Assembly: GCA_012295275.1 (NCBI GenBank)
Contig: CM022670.1
Location: 41,106,001-41,170,000, forward strand
DNA from: Chrysomallon squamiferum
Taxonomy: Eukaryota; Animalia; Mollusca
Length of the DNA: 64,000 bases
Direction of reading: 5' to 3'
Position 1 is the first letter of the stretch, and each line of letters starts with the position of its first letter. The notes below the pieces were generated by a model that searched no databases, was not told the origin of the DNA, and saw nothing but the letters and a program-made list of their open reading frames with translations. Shown piece by piece: positions 14,101 to 26,567 of this stretch. The translations under genes were made by a program, and so were the position numbers.

Positions 14101-15423
14101 TTAATTTTATTCTTTAAATTCTTAAACCATCTCTGGACTTCTCTCAACTTTGTTAACTTCATTTTTATTTCTGTTTTCACTTCTTCTTCTTGTATAACTT
14201 CGAACTCATTCTGATGTTTATATACAAGTTTGTTTGTTTCCATTAAAAAAGAGAAAAAACAGAAAACTGAAATACTGTTGTCCCTCACTTGATAATTTTT
14301 TATAGCACTGTTTACAAAAGATATTAGTTTAGTAATTTTATTTATTATTACTGGGTTTTTTAACAAGCAGATCTGAAGGTCGAGTTAGACGAGTGAGACG
14401 TAAAAAGCAAACAAAAACACAAACTCATGAAGAATACAGAGATTCACAGGAACCAGCAACATGTAAGAATGCAGTCAGCTACAGCAACCTGCTTTTAATT
14501 TGTAGACAATATTAGTTACTTTTAATTTTGATAACTACATGTAAGAATAAAGCATCCTTTTTTAATTTGTAGACAGTATTAGTTACTGTCATTCATATTT
14601 TGATAACAACCATCAAGAATTCAATAATATTAGTAATCTGTTTTCTGTTTATAATTTGTAAACAGTATTTTCTATTGTTTATTTTTTGTATATAATACTT
14701 ATCCATTACCACTAAATTTATAAGTAAAATTGTACCATCCACTATCACCTGTTTTCATTCAAATGATATAGTAACCCCTTTATATCCTGTTAATCTTTTC
14801 TTAGTATCTGATAAAAATAACATCATAATTAATTTAAAAATTCTATGATATATATTTGTGTATGCATGTGCTGTTGACCCTCAAGTTCACAGACCTTAAT
14901 TTTTTATTTCCATAAAACAAAATAAAACTGAAAATGTCTAAAAATCACAAAATTTAAAGATACTGGCATTTCCACTTCGAACCTTATCTCAAGGTAGAAT
15001 TAAGTCATTTTGATAAAGACAATTCCTTCTCAAATCACTTTCCACCAAGATAAGAGTAAGTTTTACAATGAACCCATAGCCATCCTCACCCAACCTAGCT
15101 TACATTTTTCTGCTAAACATTTGTCTGTATATTATTCTTACATTATTATGTTACTGTATTATGTAGCTGTTATGTGTACTAAAGTTTAATATGTTAATGT
15201 TTACATTTGCAATTTCCCAGACTTTTGCATTTACAGGACTGCTGCTCCCCCTATTAGTCCATGAAAACAAGGGTCAGTAGTATATAAATATATTTTGTTT
15301 ATTTATTTGTAGTTGATTTTTTTCTTCTTCTTCTTTTCTTTTCTTTTTTATTTTATTTTCTTTTATTATTTTTTTTTTTTTTTTTTTGCAGACTTCCCAC
15401 ATTTTGATATATCTACTGTATAG
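1..15423 (+). CDS. TRPV-related ankyrin-repeat cation channel, copy A (first coding exon lies before the window)
   Basis: GT-AG exons with consistent phase: <1-83, 1411-1428, 2554-2831, 3071-3221, 3562-3729, 3973-4082, 4226-4313, 4909-4940, 5815-5906, 8197-8329, 9108-9185, 9863-10002, 10293-10468, 10804-10887, 11223-11368, 11579-11694, 12259-12460, 12703-12759, 12902-13172, 13798-13864, 14371-14462, then 15392 to TAG at 15421-15423. The paralogous last exon is at 16284-16316. Ankyrin motifs include GQTILH, GRTPLHVAA, QTPVFYAA and GRTPIHAAA. Other landmarks: pre-S1 IQRLIEIMWQKFG, S4-S5 ARAFSVFGPFIVML, pore FSLFRLTLVDDYDY, S6 LNLFIALLSDTFQRV, TRP helix MQKAITIL. The C-terminal exon choice is less certain. 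Confidence 0.88.
1411..1428 (+). CDS. 18-nt symmetric microexon of copy A (xDECPS)
   Basis: tgacag|ctgatgagtgtccatcag|gtatgt. Phase 1-1 matches the flanking exons. Confidence 0.65.
4815..4848. repeat. (CA)n microsatellite (paralog at 52387-52431)
   Basis: Read directly from the sequence. Confidence 0.95.
12488..12565. repeat. (ATA)n(GTA)n microsatellite (paralogs ~24531, ~39540, ~60161-60270)
   Basis: Read directly from the sequence. Confidence 0.93.
13215..13605 (+). repeat. 33-35 bp minisatellite (consensus ttttacattataaatagataacagagattgactta), intronic in copy A
   Basis: About 11 contiguous imperfect tandem units with no unique spacers. Confidence 0.93.
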
Positions 15424-17402
15424 CTTCCTTCCCAGATAACACCACAGGTATTATTTTTATATACTACATTATCTTCAGATAGAGAGAAAGACAAGTGGAT
15501 TTTTGCTTAAATATCTAACAAATTAAGTTGAATTTCAAATTTAATTTTTTCTTCTATACATTTATGCACAGAATGTGTTAATATTTAAGTGTTATATATC
15601 CAGATGAAATTTCTCTAATTGAGTATATCTACTGAAAACACTTTAACAGTATGACATTTTATATATTTAAGTATGACATTTTGGTAAGTCACTTTATCTA
15701 TAAAATGCAATTCCTCAGACCTGTGTTATTATTTTAAAAACTAAAATTTTCACAAGAATTATTGAACATTGTTACTTCTATTTAATTTTTTAAATTCAAA
15801 GTCATGTTTTCCTGTTCAGTTAATGAATTAATGATATTTTGTCTAAGATATTTCTGAGACACCTGAGAAAAAACATTTACCATGATGTTTTTATAATGAA
15901 ATTGTTCTTCTTACTGTTTAAACTGCTTTTACTGATACTATTATCAGCACATATTTTTATCTTATAATATATTGTGGATTATTTGTTAGTATATTTGAAG
16001 AATATATTTGTAAATAACTCAGTACTGAGTATATATTACAGAGTTGTGTTAAATGTTATATCATTAATGTAAAAATAATTACATTTAAGATTACTTGTAA
16101 GTTATTCATTATAGTGTATGTAATTAAAGAAAAGATTTCTGCTCAGTAAATTTCAAATTAGACCTGAATACAAATATTACCAGTAATTAACTGATATTAA
16201 AAAAAAAATATATATATATATATAATAAAGTAATAATGTTTACTGCAGTAATATAAATATGTGTCACTTTTTTTTATCTACAGCCACTAGATCATCAAGA
16301 CACAACTGAGTGTTAAAAACTGATTTTTAAAGGTGAAAATTACCATGAGTTATACCTGTGATCAACAAACATATCTAAAAGGATACAATACTACATTTGA
16401 ATGTGACTTATTATTTATTGCATTACAATATGTCCCAATTAATTTTTATAACTTTTCGTAAAAAAAAGAATTATATTTAAGAACATTTTCTTAATATATA
16501 TCATATATATATATATTTTATTTTTATTTTTATTTTTTTTCTGTGATGCACTGTGTTTTTAATGTGTAATTATATGCTCTGTTTAATATTTATGCTGTTA
16601 ATAGAAAAAATTTGTTTATAATGATACTGTTGGTATGAAATAAAATTAATAATTTCTGGCCAATTTATGTTTAGAAAAATCTCTCTCAAATGAATACCAA
16701 AACTAATCAAAGAGTGTAATCTGTGGACAAGGAATTGATTAGGGTTGAAGTATGTCATATGATGGCCAAAGCTAATATTTCTCCAAGCTGACCTGTCCAA
16801 CGATGTCATAATCCTGTGATAATAATGAAAGATTCAGTTACAAAAGGGATTAGAATCCATTTTTACTTATGGACTGACTAATAATAATTAACCATTACTT
16901 CGACCTCATTATTTCTAAAATCAATGACATCCAACAGTAAAGAACCAATGACTTGTTAAGATAGAGCAAAAGTACTTACATCATTTTCAGTTTTGCTTTT
17001 TGTTGTTGTTTAAAAAGTGATAAATTTTATGTAAATTATTTTGTAGATAAGCTCTTCAAATAAATCTTGCTGTAATAATGGCTCAAACTAAATGTATTCA
17101 TCTGCTTGTTTCATCTTCTTGTTAATCTGTGACAGACTGTCCCAAATAGAGTTTTGGAGGTGTTTATACTTAATTTTAGTGAATGAATATATGAACCTTT
17201 TACACCTTTCTTATTGATTAATGTTTATGTCCAACTATAAAGAAATGAAGAGGTATGTCTAAAAGATTTTCTCGTGATTTATAGCTTCATTAATCACTAT
17301 TTTTTGCATATTATTTTTTTTATGTACAAAATACACAATATATTTTCATGTTCTGTGAAGCAAAGTTGAATTTAGACATTGAGAGTTCAGTTTTATTGCT
17401 GA

Positions 17403-18080
17403 ATTCTGTTTGTCTTGCATTAACAGAGAATAAGACTCAAACCAACTGAAATATGGAGATATCTCTTCAGCTTTAAGTTGTAGCTTTTAAATAAATGAAT
17501 AAATGTTTGGTCTGAATGGCTCTTAAGACATTTAAGTATGGATAAGGTGTTTGAGATATGTTTATTATTATTATTATTATTATGACTGTCTGAGAGAAAT
17601 TCTGCAGATACTGTTCTTGAACTAAGTCTGGTAGCAAGTTTTCATTTGTGTCAAGATCCAAAATAATCCCAAAGACATCAAGAATATTTATCGTAATTTG
17701 TCATTTCCTGTAAGAAATTGTTGTTTTATCACTGCTTTTATTTAATGGTATGTTCAATATTGCAATTTAATTTTGTTATTAATTTATTTGTATTTTTATC
17801 AAATTTTATTTTTTGTAAATATGTTTTGATACAAATTTTTATAATATAATAAAATATGTAGAGTATATACATTTATTTTATAATTATATGAACTATCAGA
17901 TTTTTAAATTTATGTGATGCATAACCTTAGCCTATGACTGTTAATGCATTTATTTCATATGTGCATATCTTGTATGTTCTTAAATTGTACAACTTAAAGC
18001 TACAATTTAAAGCAGAAGAGGTATCTCCATATATCAGACGGTTTGAGTTTTATTCTCTGTTAATGCAAAACAAACAAAAT
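17403..18080. repeat. Inverted repeat, ~88-bp arms (17403-17490 and 17993-18080), ~500-bp loop
   Basis: The left arm attctgtttgtcttgcattaacagagaataagactcaaacc...gagatatctcttcagctttaagttgtagcttt is the near reverse complement of aaagctacaatttaaagcagaagaggtatctcc...ggtttgagttttattctctgttaatgcaaaacaaacaaaat. Confidence 0.85.
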
Positions 18081-18120
18081 AGCTGGGTGTAACTGTCATT
18101 TGATATAAATATGCGTGTGT

Positions 18121-18157
<37 letters not shown>

Positions 18158-18616
18158 TGAACAAAATACTACTAAAATCATTTTATATTTGTTTTTTACT
18201 AGATTTTATTATTTTAAATTAAATTAATCCATTGGTTCTAATGAAAGTTTTATTTATATGTCAATTTTCAATGAAAGAAATAATTGGTTTGCAGTTTGTT
18301 TGATTAATTATGACATTGCTTGAGTGTTTTCTTCTCTTTTTTTAATGATTTACTTAGTTTCCTTTAAAAACTTGGATTATTTTATTTTATATTTAAATAT
18401 TTCAGTCTAATGTACCAATTACTTACCTCCATAACCTAGAGAATGACAAGTTTGAGAAATATTTTTGATACTGGTTTAAATCTGTGTCTGACATGTATAC
18501 AAGAGCTAATAGCATGATTAAAAATGATTGAAAATCATGTTTTGTTATTGATATTCAGTTCTTATTTACTTTGTATGACCACTAACCTAAAAACAACAAA
18601 AGACAAAATATATATA

Positions 18617-18887
18617 CATTGGTACCTTGACTTACGAGGTTAATTCGCCCCGTGACCGAGCTCGTAACTCAATGTGCTCGTATATCAAATCAGTTATTCC
18701 AACTGAAATTAATTGAAATACCATTAATCCGTTCCAGCCCCCCAAAAACCCAATTTCTTTCTTCTTTTTCTTTTTTTTAACTAGTTTTTAAATAAGAAAA
18801 ATGTATTTATAAATGAGAAATATTGTATAAAAACAAAATAAAAAATAAAACTCGTAGGTTGGCGCACTCGTTAGTCGAGTAGCACTG
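18617..18887. mobile_element. Tigger/pogo (Tc1-mariner superfamily) internally deleted element
   Basis: Begins after TA with cattggtaccttgacttacgag and ends with the degenerate inverted terminus ctcgttagtcgagtagcactg. Longer versions at the same site in the other repeat units carry transposase remnants. Confidence 0.72.
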
Positions 18888-19385
18888 TGTTGGTATGTGT
18901 CAGAAATATTAATTGAATGGAATGTTTCGAAATAACTAGAAAGTGAAACTTGTCAAAATGATAAAATGAAGCCATTTTGCCTCTTTCTCAAATAAAGAAA
19001 ACACAAAACAATAACAACAACATCGATAATAATAATGAAAAAATAATAATAAAAATACTGAAAAAAAAAGTAAAATTATTTTAAAAGTAAACTCAGTTTG
19101 CCATAACTAACTTTTTGTTTTCATCACAAAAATTGGCAACAAATATTTTTGACAGTCTGCCTGGATTTTCTTTTCATGCAAGCTGGTAAAATATATGACT
19201 TACTGAAACAATCTGAAATTCCATACAAGCCTATCAATTTTTATTTTATTTTGAAACAAACATCTTTGAGCGTAAAAAAACCCATAACAACAAAAAAAAC
19301 ACAAAAAAAAAACCCATAATTGGATAATTTATGCAACTGTTTCTATAAAAAAAAAAATAAAAAATAAAATAAAATAATAAAAAAA

Positions 19386-20585
19386 TTGTGACATTAAATT
19401 CACACAAAATCTAATTCTGCATCTGTTATCATCAAGTATCCTCGTGTTTTTGGTTTTGACGCAGATAAGTAACAATCTCGCGTTGTGCAGAAATAACGAT
19501 GTTTTTCTTGTTATTGACGGAGACTGAACGTAATATATATACTTGATTAAAATATAAACATTAAATTCAATATACATGAGAGGGACTGAACTAAAAACAC
19601 AATCTAAAGATACATAAACACCATTAACGTGTCTGAGGATTACTTCTTGTTTACACGTAAATTACTTGGGAAATTCTTCCAAGACACGTGGGACATTAAA
19701 ATATATTAAACACTGTCACTGGTGCTTTCTTAAGGAACCCAGGATAGTAATGGTCTGCCAGTATTGGTCAGGGGTATGAAATGTTATCTGTGTGACTGTG
19801 GTGAAAGAGAGTGCAAGAGAAGAGAGAATATCTGGCAAGGAAGAAAGACGTTTTAGCCAATTCTCTGCATATAATTACTATACTTTTATCAGGATATATT
19901 GTTATTTTATATCATGGTGTATAAATGGGCACAGGAAATAAAAATATAATCGAAATCGAACTTGTGTAGTTTTTGTGTGAGGGTGCTGTACGCACAAAGC
20001 CACATATATATTGCGAGTTTTTGTTTGTTTCTCGTTAGTATGTGTAATACTTTAATGCGGTATGGGTTTTAACGCAGAACATGCGAGTTCCATAAAAACA
20101 AACTGATGTGGTCGTGGTCTAATTGTTTAATCGTGTTTTGACTTTAAGCAGACGACCATAATTGTATAATTTATGCAATTTATGCAATTTATACAGTTTA
20201 TACAGTTTATAAAAAACAAAACAAATGTGTGACATGAAATTCACAGAAAATCTAATTCTTCATCCGATATCAGTCAAGTATCCTTGTGGTTTCGGTTTTG
20301 ACGCAGACAAGCAACAATCTCGCGTTGTGCAGAAATAACGATGCATTTCTTGTTATTACTGACTGAGACTGAATGTAATATGTATACTTGATTAAAATAT
20401 AAACATTAAATTCAATATACATTGAGAGTTTTCGTTTGTTTCTAGTTAGTATGTGTAATACTTTAACATTCTTACCTTTTTAATGTGGTATGGGTTTTAA
20501 CGCAGAACATGTGTGTTCCATTAAAAACAGAATGGTGTGGTCGTGGTCTAATTGTTTAATCGTGTTCTATCAGCAGACGGCAGTG
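19386..20585 (+). repeat. Interleaved direct repeats upstream of copy B (also upstream of copy D, ~45780-46460)
   Basis: Block tgtgacattaaattcac...aattcaatatacat occurs at ~19387-19577 and ~20228-20422. Block gagttttt...gtcgtggtctaattgtttaatcgtgtt occurs at ~20015-20140 and ~20426-20566. Confidence 0.75.
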
Positions 20586-20854
20586 TTTTGTGCAGTTTGT
20601 GGGTGTAATTCATTGTGAAACTTCGGAGATACGGGGTTGTTTATGCATGGCGAAAAATTGCCTTATGAAAAACAGTACTTTTAGCTATATGGTTATGTTA
20701 ATTGTTTAATCTTATCGCAAACATGCGAATAGGAAGCATTGCTTTATTTAGTAGATGGAAAAAAAAATTAAAGGCCAATAAAATTTAAAAAGTGCTACAT
20801 TTTAAACTGCATTTGTTTATTTGTAAGCAGGTGCTCGTTGTTATTGGTAACCAA

Positions 20855-20948
20855 TGTGTCCAAAATGGCGTCTGCTTTCACTGTGTTTCACGTCTGCCTG
20901 TAAACTAAAGTAATGCTGATGAAGATAGACCTGTAAAATATAAAACCA
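20855..20948 (+). promoter_or_regulatory. Putative 5' non-coding exon / TSS-proximal region of copy B with YY1-like motif
   Basis: caaaatggcg at 20861-20870 in a locally CpG-richer zone, with candidate donor ccag|gttagc at 20948. Coding exon 1 is preceded by an acceptor (ttcactgtag, 21144), which implies an upstream UTR exon. Confidence 0.4.
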
Positions 20949-21151
20949 GGTTAGCTTTCTTATATATCGCTTCAATTACATTATTCACTACAAACCATCA
21001 CGTTGTAAAATATTCTAAAATAGTTTTAATTTCGCTCCTGAATGTAAAGAGCCGTTGCTAAGAATACAAACCAAATGTTCAGGCATGTGTGAGTTATCAA
21101 TACTGAAGCACACTTTTAAATTTTATATTTTATTTTCACTGTAGAGTGAAA

Positions 21152-23531
21152 ATGGCTGAAATAGACAATAAAAAGAAGATAAAGAAAAGATCTAAAATAT
21201 CACCTATCGAGGAAGTCAGTAACACAAGAGGAAAAGAAAATAAAGAATTTGCTTTGGATAATCTCAATCATGTTGGGTGAGAAACATGTATTAACTAAAA
21301 TATGAAATAAGCAATATGACGATAATGTCTGTTGTATTAGAAAGAAAGACAATTGTTTTGACTTGGTTTTTGTTTTTGAGCTACCATCAATGAAATTAGA
21401 AAGTTCCAACAAATTATTTTAAATTACCTTTATTTTTATTTTCTTCATTATAATATTATATATGATTAATCATTTTTTATTAATTAATTTATTTATTTGT
21501 TATTTTTACAAATACATGAAAGAAATTTCTTTTATTAAATGACAGGTACATTTACTACAGTTTACAACATTCACTGGTAACAGATTGTTTTCTTTCACAT
21601 CCCTTTTTATTTATTTTTGTAAAGCAAATAACCAAAATTCTTCCCCAAACAACAAAGATCATAAACTTAAGAACAAATCTGAATCACAAAATTATTCTAG
21701 CAGTTTTATTTCAGTTTTCTTTCATTCACATTATTTTGGCAGTGATTTCAAAGATGTTATTAATGTCAGACAGNNNNNNNNNNNNNNNNNNNNNNNNNNN
21801 NNNNNNNNNNNNNNNNNNNNNNNNNNNNNNNNNNNNNNNNNNNNNNNNNNNNNNNNNNNNNNNNNNNNNNNNNNNNNNNNNNNNNNNNNNNNNNNNNNNN
21901 NNNNNNNNNNNNNNNNNNNNNNNNNNNNNNNNNNNNNNNNNNNNNNNNNNNNNNNNNNNNNNNNNNNNNNNNNTTGTTTCTGTTTGAAGATGAGTGGAAA
22001 TCACAATTTATCTGTGCAAAATTTCTGACTTCAAGAAGTAGGTACATACAACAGAGTTGTTTGTTTAAAAACATGTATTTTCTAAGAATATGTTTTGATG
22101 TTGTTTACTTCTTGTTTAATGTTTTGTTTTGTTTCTTCTTATTTACTTATTTTTGTTTATTTTTTTATTTTTAAATAATGGTTTGGTGTTTTTTAGGAAT
22201 ATGTTTGACTGGGTGTGTTACTTTTTGTTGTTGACGTCATTCATCACTCACCTGGTTGACATTGGTTCCCACACAAACAAAATTGCGCGTGTACACGTCT
22301 CTGTGATGAGTGTTACAATAATTCTACTCTGGCTGAGGCTAATGAAACATGCTAGAGCATTTCCAGTTTTTGGTATTTAAAAAAATAATATTTTTGTTTG
22401 TCGTTATGCAGTTTTAATTTATAAGAAATTTATACTGCATACACTTTATATTTAGTTAATAATATGTTGATATTTGAAAGCATGAAGAATAGTTGGGTAT
22501 AATATGAACAAGTGAAAAAGAAATAGCTAAGTAACTAAATAATTACTATGAATCAAAACAGAATGTGAAATAAATATTTAAATAGTTTTTTAAAAATAAA
22601 AGAAAGAAAGAAATTGTGAAATTTTTATCAGACTATTTATTATGAATGTGCTGTTGCTGTTGTTTGTGGTGATGTTGTGTTTACTTGATATACTTTCTAA
22701 CAGGACCTTTCATTGTGATGCTGGGACACATGATGGGAGACATGGTGAGGTTTGCATTTCTCTACTGTGAGTTCTACATTCCATACGGTGAGTAACTTAT
22801 TCTTTACATAGTTATTACATGTGTTTATTTCTGCATTCAGAAAGGTCAAAAATGTGAAAAATTCAATCATGTTTTCTTTCATGACAGTGAAAGCAACACG
22901 TTCTCCGATTTTTGTCCAAATTTTCCATAACGATTTGTGCCTCATTTCTTCAGATGCATGCACATACTGTTAATATTTAACAATTTTATCAGAATTTGTT
23001 TTAGTTATATATATATGTAAAGAAAAAAGAAAAAAGATTTATATATATATGTTTTTGTTTTTTATATATATATATGTATATAAAGAAAAAAGAAAAAAGA
23101 TTTTTCCCTGAGTTGAATCAAATTCATGAGTATTTTCCAGTTTGTGCCTTTTGGATGTTGTTTGGTGGGGAGAAAAAACCAGACTCAGGGGAAGGTCCAT
23201 TGATCAGTGTGACCTGGTTTAATAGCATCGATCAGGTCATGTTTAGTCTGTTCAGGCTGACCCTAGTTGATGACTATGATTATGAGGTTAGTTAAAACCA
23301 CTATGTATTTATAATAATATTAGAAAAGATGAAGTACATCCATACTTAAAGATATTTTACATATTAACTTTGATATTTTTACTCTCTCAGTCTTTTTAAT
23401 TTTTATTAATTTCAGTATTTATTTATATGTATCCATTAAAAAAACTGTATTTTTCTTAGTTGTAATACTTAAAAATATATTTTAATTTTTTTATTTTTTA
23501 TTTTTTGACACTATTATATATATGTATATAT

Positions 23532-23566
<35 letters not shown>

Positions 23567-24529
23567 TCAAAAATTAATTTTCAGACAATGAAACAAGTTG
23601 ATTCTGTCATGGCCGATATTCTTATTGGAACCTGGTTGGCACTGTCAGCCATATTGTGCCTTAATCTCTTCATAGCACTGTTGTCAAACACCTTTCAGCG
23701 GTAGGTTTTTGTTTGGCCTTGATCTGGTAACAGCTGAGTATGTTTGAGTGTGCTGTTTAAAGCCATATACTGGTGTGTTATTTTTATGTGTGTAAAATAT
23801 TAATTATTTTGTTAAATTTATACAGTTACAGATGCAACAGTTTAAATATAGGACATAATGTTACAGTTACACCTTGTTATGAAGAAATCATTTAAAATAG
23901 TTATCATTTTATTTTTAAGTCTGCTTGAGGATTTATTAACAGTATTTGGAAGTAACTCAAATTGATTTTGTTTGATGTTTTATTGGTAAGAATAAATCTT
24001 TATTTAAAGATTATATTTAATGTTGATGATTATATTTTGAATTATTAAAAAGAAATTCACCAGTGCAATAGTTAATCTTTTTTCAACAAAATATGTTTTA
24101 TATATAAGTATATCACAACTTGAATATACAAGAATTAGAATGTTGACTGGATTTAATGTTGATTGGATCTAATATCTAAACATAGTATGATTGATTCTGC
24201 AGTCTAATGATCCTCGGTCCATTGATATATATAGAGCTACAGCTCAGATAAATATAGTTTCCCTTATCTTATACTAATTAAGATATTTGTTATTTTCCTG
24301 CACAGAGTTTATGACAATGCTCAGGAACATGCTCTCATGCAGAAAGCTATCACAATTTTAAATATCTGGGACAGAATGTCAAAGGAACGACGTCACAAAT
24401 TTCTTAAATATGTGCACAGTGAATGCAACCCCAAACGAGATCCATACGATGATGATGTGACAACTAGTGGAGAGGGGAATCTTAAAAAATACACCATCCA
24501 AATGAAGGTACAGGTTTTGAAATATTTGT

Positions 24530-24583
<54 letters not shown>

Positions 24584-26567
24584 TTATAATAATGATGATG
24601 ATATTATTGTTTTAGACTTCGATAATAATATTTATTATTACAATGATGATGTACTACTACTAATAATATTCATCCTTTTAAAGGAACAACTTAATGAGCT
24701 GTCAGAGGACATAAAAGACTTGAAGAGCAGTCTGAAAACTATCAAAATCCTACTCCAGCAACAGCATGGTAGATAACAGAGATTGACTTATTTTTAATAC
24801 ATTATACATAGATAATTGAGATTAACATATTTTACATTATAAATAGATAATTGAGATTGACTTATTTTACATTATAAATAGATAACAGAGATTGACTTAT
24901 TTTAAGTACATTATAAATAGATAATTGAGATTGACATATTTTACATTATAAATAGATAACAGAGATTGACTTACTTTAAATTATAAATAGATAACAAACT
25001 GACTTATTATACATAGATAAATGTGACTGACTTATTTTACATTATAAATAGAAAACAAATAGATGCATTCTGCACTATAAGTAGATAACCGAGATTGATT
25101 TATTTTATATTATCAATAGATAACTGAGATCGATTATTTTACATTATAAATAGATAACAGAGATTGACTTATTTTATATTATGAATAGGTAAAAAGAAAA
25201 CAAAACCACAAACTCATGAAGAATACAGAGATTCACAGGAACCAGCAACATGTAAGAATGCAGTCAGCTACTGCAACCTGCTTTTAATTTGTAGACAATA
25301 TTAGTTACTTTTAATTTTGATAACTACATGTAAGAATAGAGCATCCTTTTTTAATTTGTAGACAGTATTAGTTACTGTCATTCATATTTTGATAAGAACC
25401 ATCAACAATTCAATAATATTAGTAATCTGTATTCTGTTTATGATTTGTAAACAGTATTTTCTTTTGTTTATTTTTTGTATACAGTTCTTATCCATTACAA
25501 CTGAATTTTCAGGACTGGTGCTTTCCCTGTTAGTCCATGAAATGAAGGGTCATCAGTATATAAATATATTTTCTTTCATTTAGTTGTATTTGATTTGTTG
25601 TTTTCTAGTTGTTGTTTTTTTACAGCCTTGCCACCGTTTGAAGTATCTACCATACATCAGACCACAGCTCAGGTATTATTTTTTTTTATACTACATCATC
25701 TTTAGATAGACACAAGTTGCTTTTCACATTTTTACTTAGATATGTAACAAATTAAGTTGAATTTATTTGTTCATTTTTTTTCTATACTTTGTATACATTT
25801 AGACAGAATTTGTTATATTTTTATTTAAGTGTTATATATCCAGATGAAATTTCTCTAATTAAGTATCTCTACTGAAAACACTTTAACAGAGAGAATGTAT
25901 ATTTAAGTATGACATTTTGTAAGTCATTTTATCTATAATGTGCAATTCCTCAGACCTGTGTTATTATTTTAAACTATATTTTAAAACTTTAATTTTCACA
26001 AGAATTATTGAGCATTGTTACTTCAATTTAATTTTTATAAATCAAAGTCATGTTTTCCTGTTCAGTTAATGAATTAATGATATTTATGAGACACGAGAGA
26101 AATAAAAACATTTACTATGATGTTTTTATAATAAAATTGTTCTTCTTACTGCTGAAACTGCTTTTACTGATACTATTATCAGCACATATTTTTACCTTAT
26201 AATATATTGTGGATTATTTGTTAGTATATTTGATAAATAACTCAGTACTCAGGACATACTGCAGAGCATTATTAAATGTAAAGTCATAGTCTAAATATAA
26301 TTATATTTAAGATTAAAATGTGTTTTTATAATAACATTTCTTTACTTGTAAGTTATTCATTTTAGTGTAATTAAAGAAAAGATTTTTGCTAAGTAAATTT
26401 CAAATCAGACCAGAGCAAAAAGTATTACCAGTAATTAACTGAAATAAAAAATAATTAATACTAAATAAATAAATAATAAAAGTAATAATGTTTACTGCAG
26501 TAATATAAATATGTGTCACTTTTTTTATCTACAGCCACTATCTCATATAGACACTACTGAGTGTTAA
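21152..26567 (+). CDS. TRPV-related channel, copy B (interrupted by assembly gap; visible exons are open)
   Basis: Exons 21152-21276 (MAEIDNKKKIKKRSKISP...) and 21743 to the gap, then 22197-22372 (S3-S4), 22704-22787 (S5), 23141-23286 (pore), 23585-23700 (S6), 24306-24507 (TRP helix), 24684-24768, 25189-25251, 25626-25672 and 26535-26567 (PLSHIDTTEC*). The ankyrin, S1 and S2 exons fall in the gap. The two sides of the gap may belong to different copies. Confidence 0.75.
21774..21973. other. Assembly gap (200 N)
   Basis: Run of N. By comparison with copy D (47653 to 57697), about 10 kb of gene sequence is missing here. Confidence 0.99.
23533..23566. repeat. (GATA)n microsatellite (paralog 38523-38567)
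   Basis: Read directly from the sequence. Confidence 0.95.
24769..25188 (+). repeat. 33-35 bp minisatellite, copy B
   Basis: Same unit, about 12 copies, directly abutting coding sequence on both sides. Confidence 0.93.

Noticed and set aside
15221-15272. Candidate extra exon (..GLLLPLLVHENK; also ~25500, ~40530, ~61560)
   Set aside because: Joined to the phase-1 donor upstream it yields an immediate or early stop, while skipping it gives an open frame. It is left unassigned.
21585-22074. ORFs with poly-X
   Set aside because: These are artefacts of translating through the N gap.
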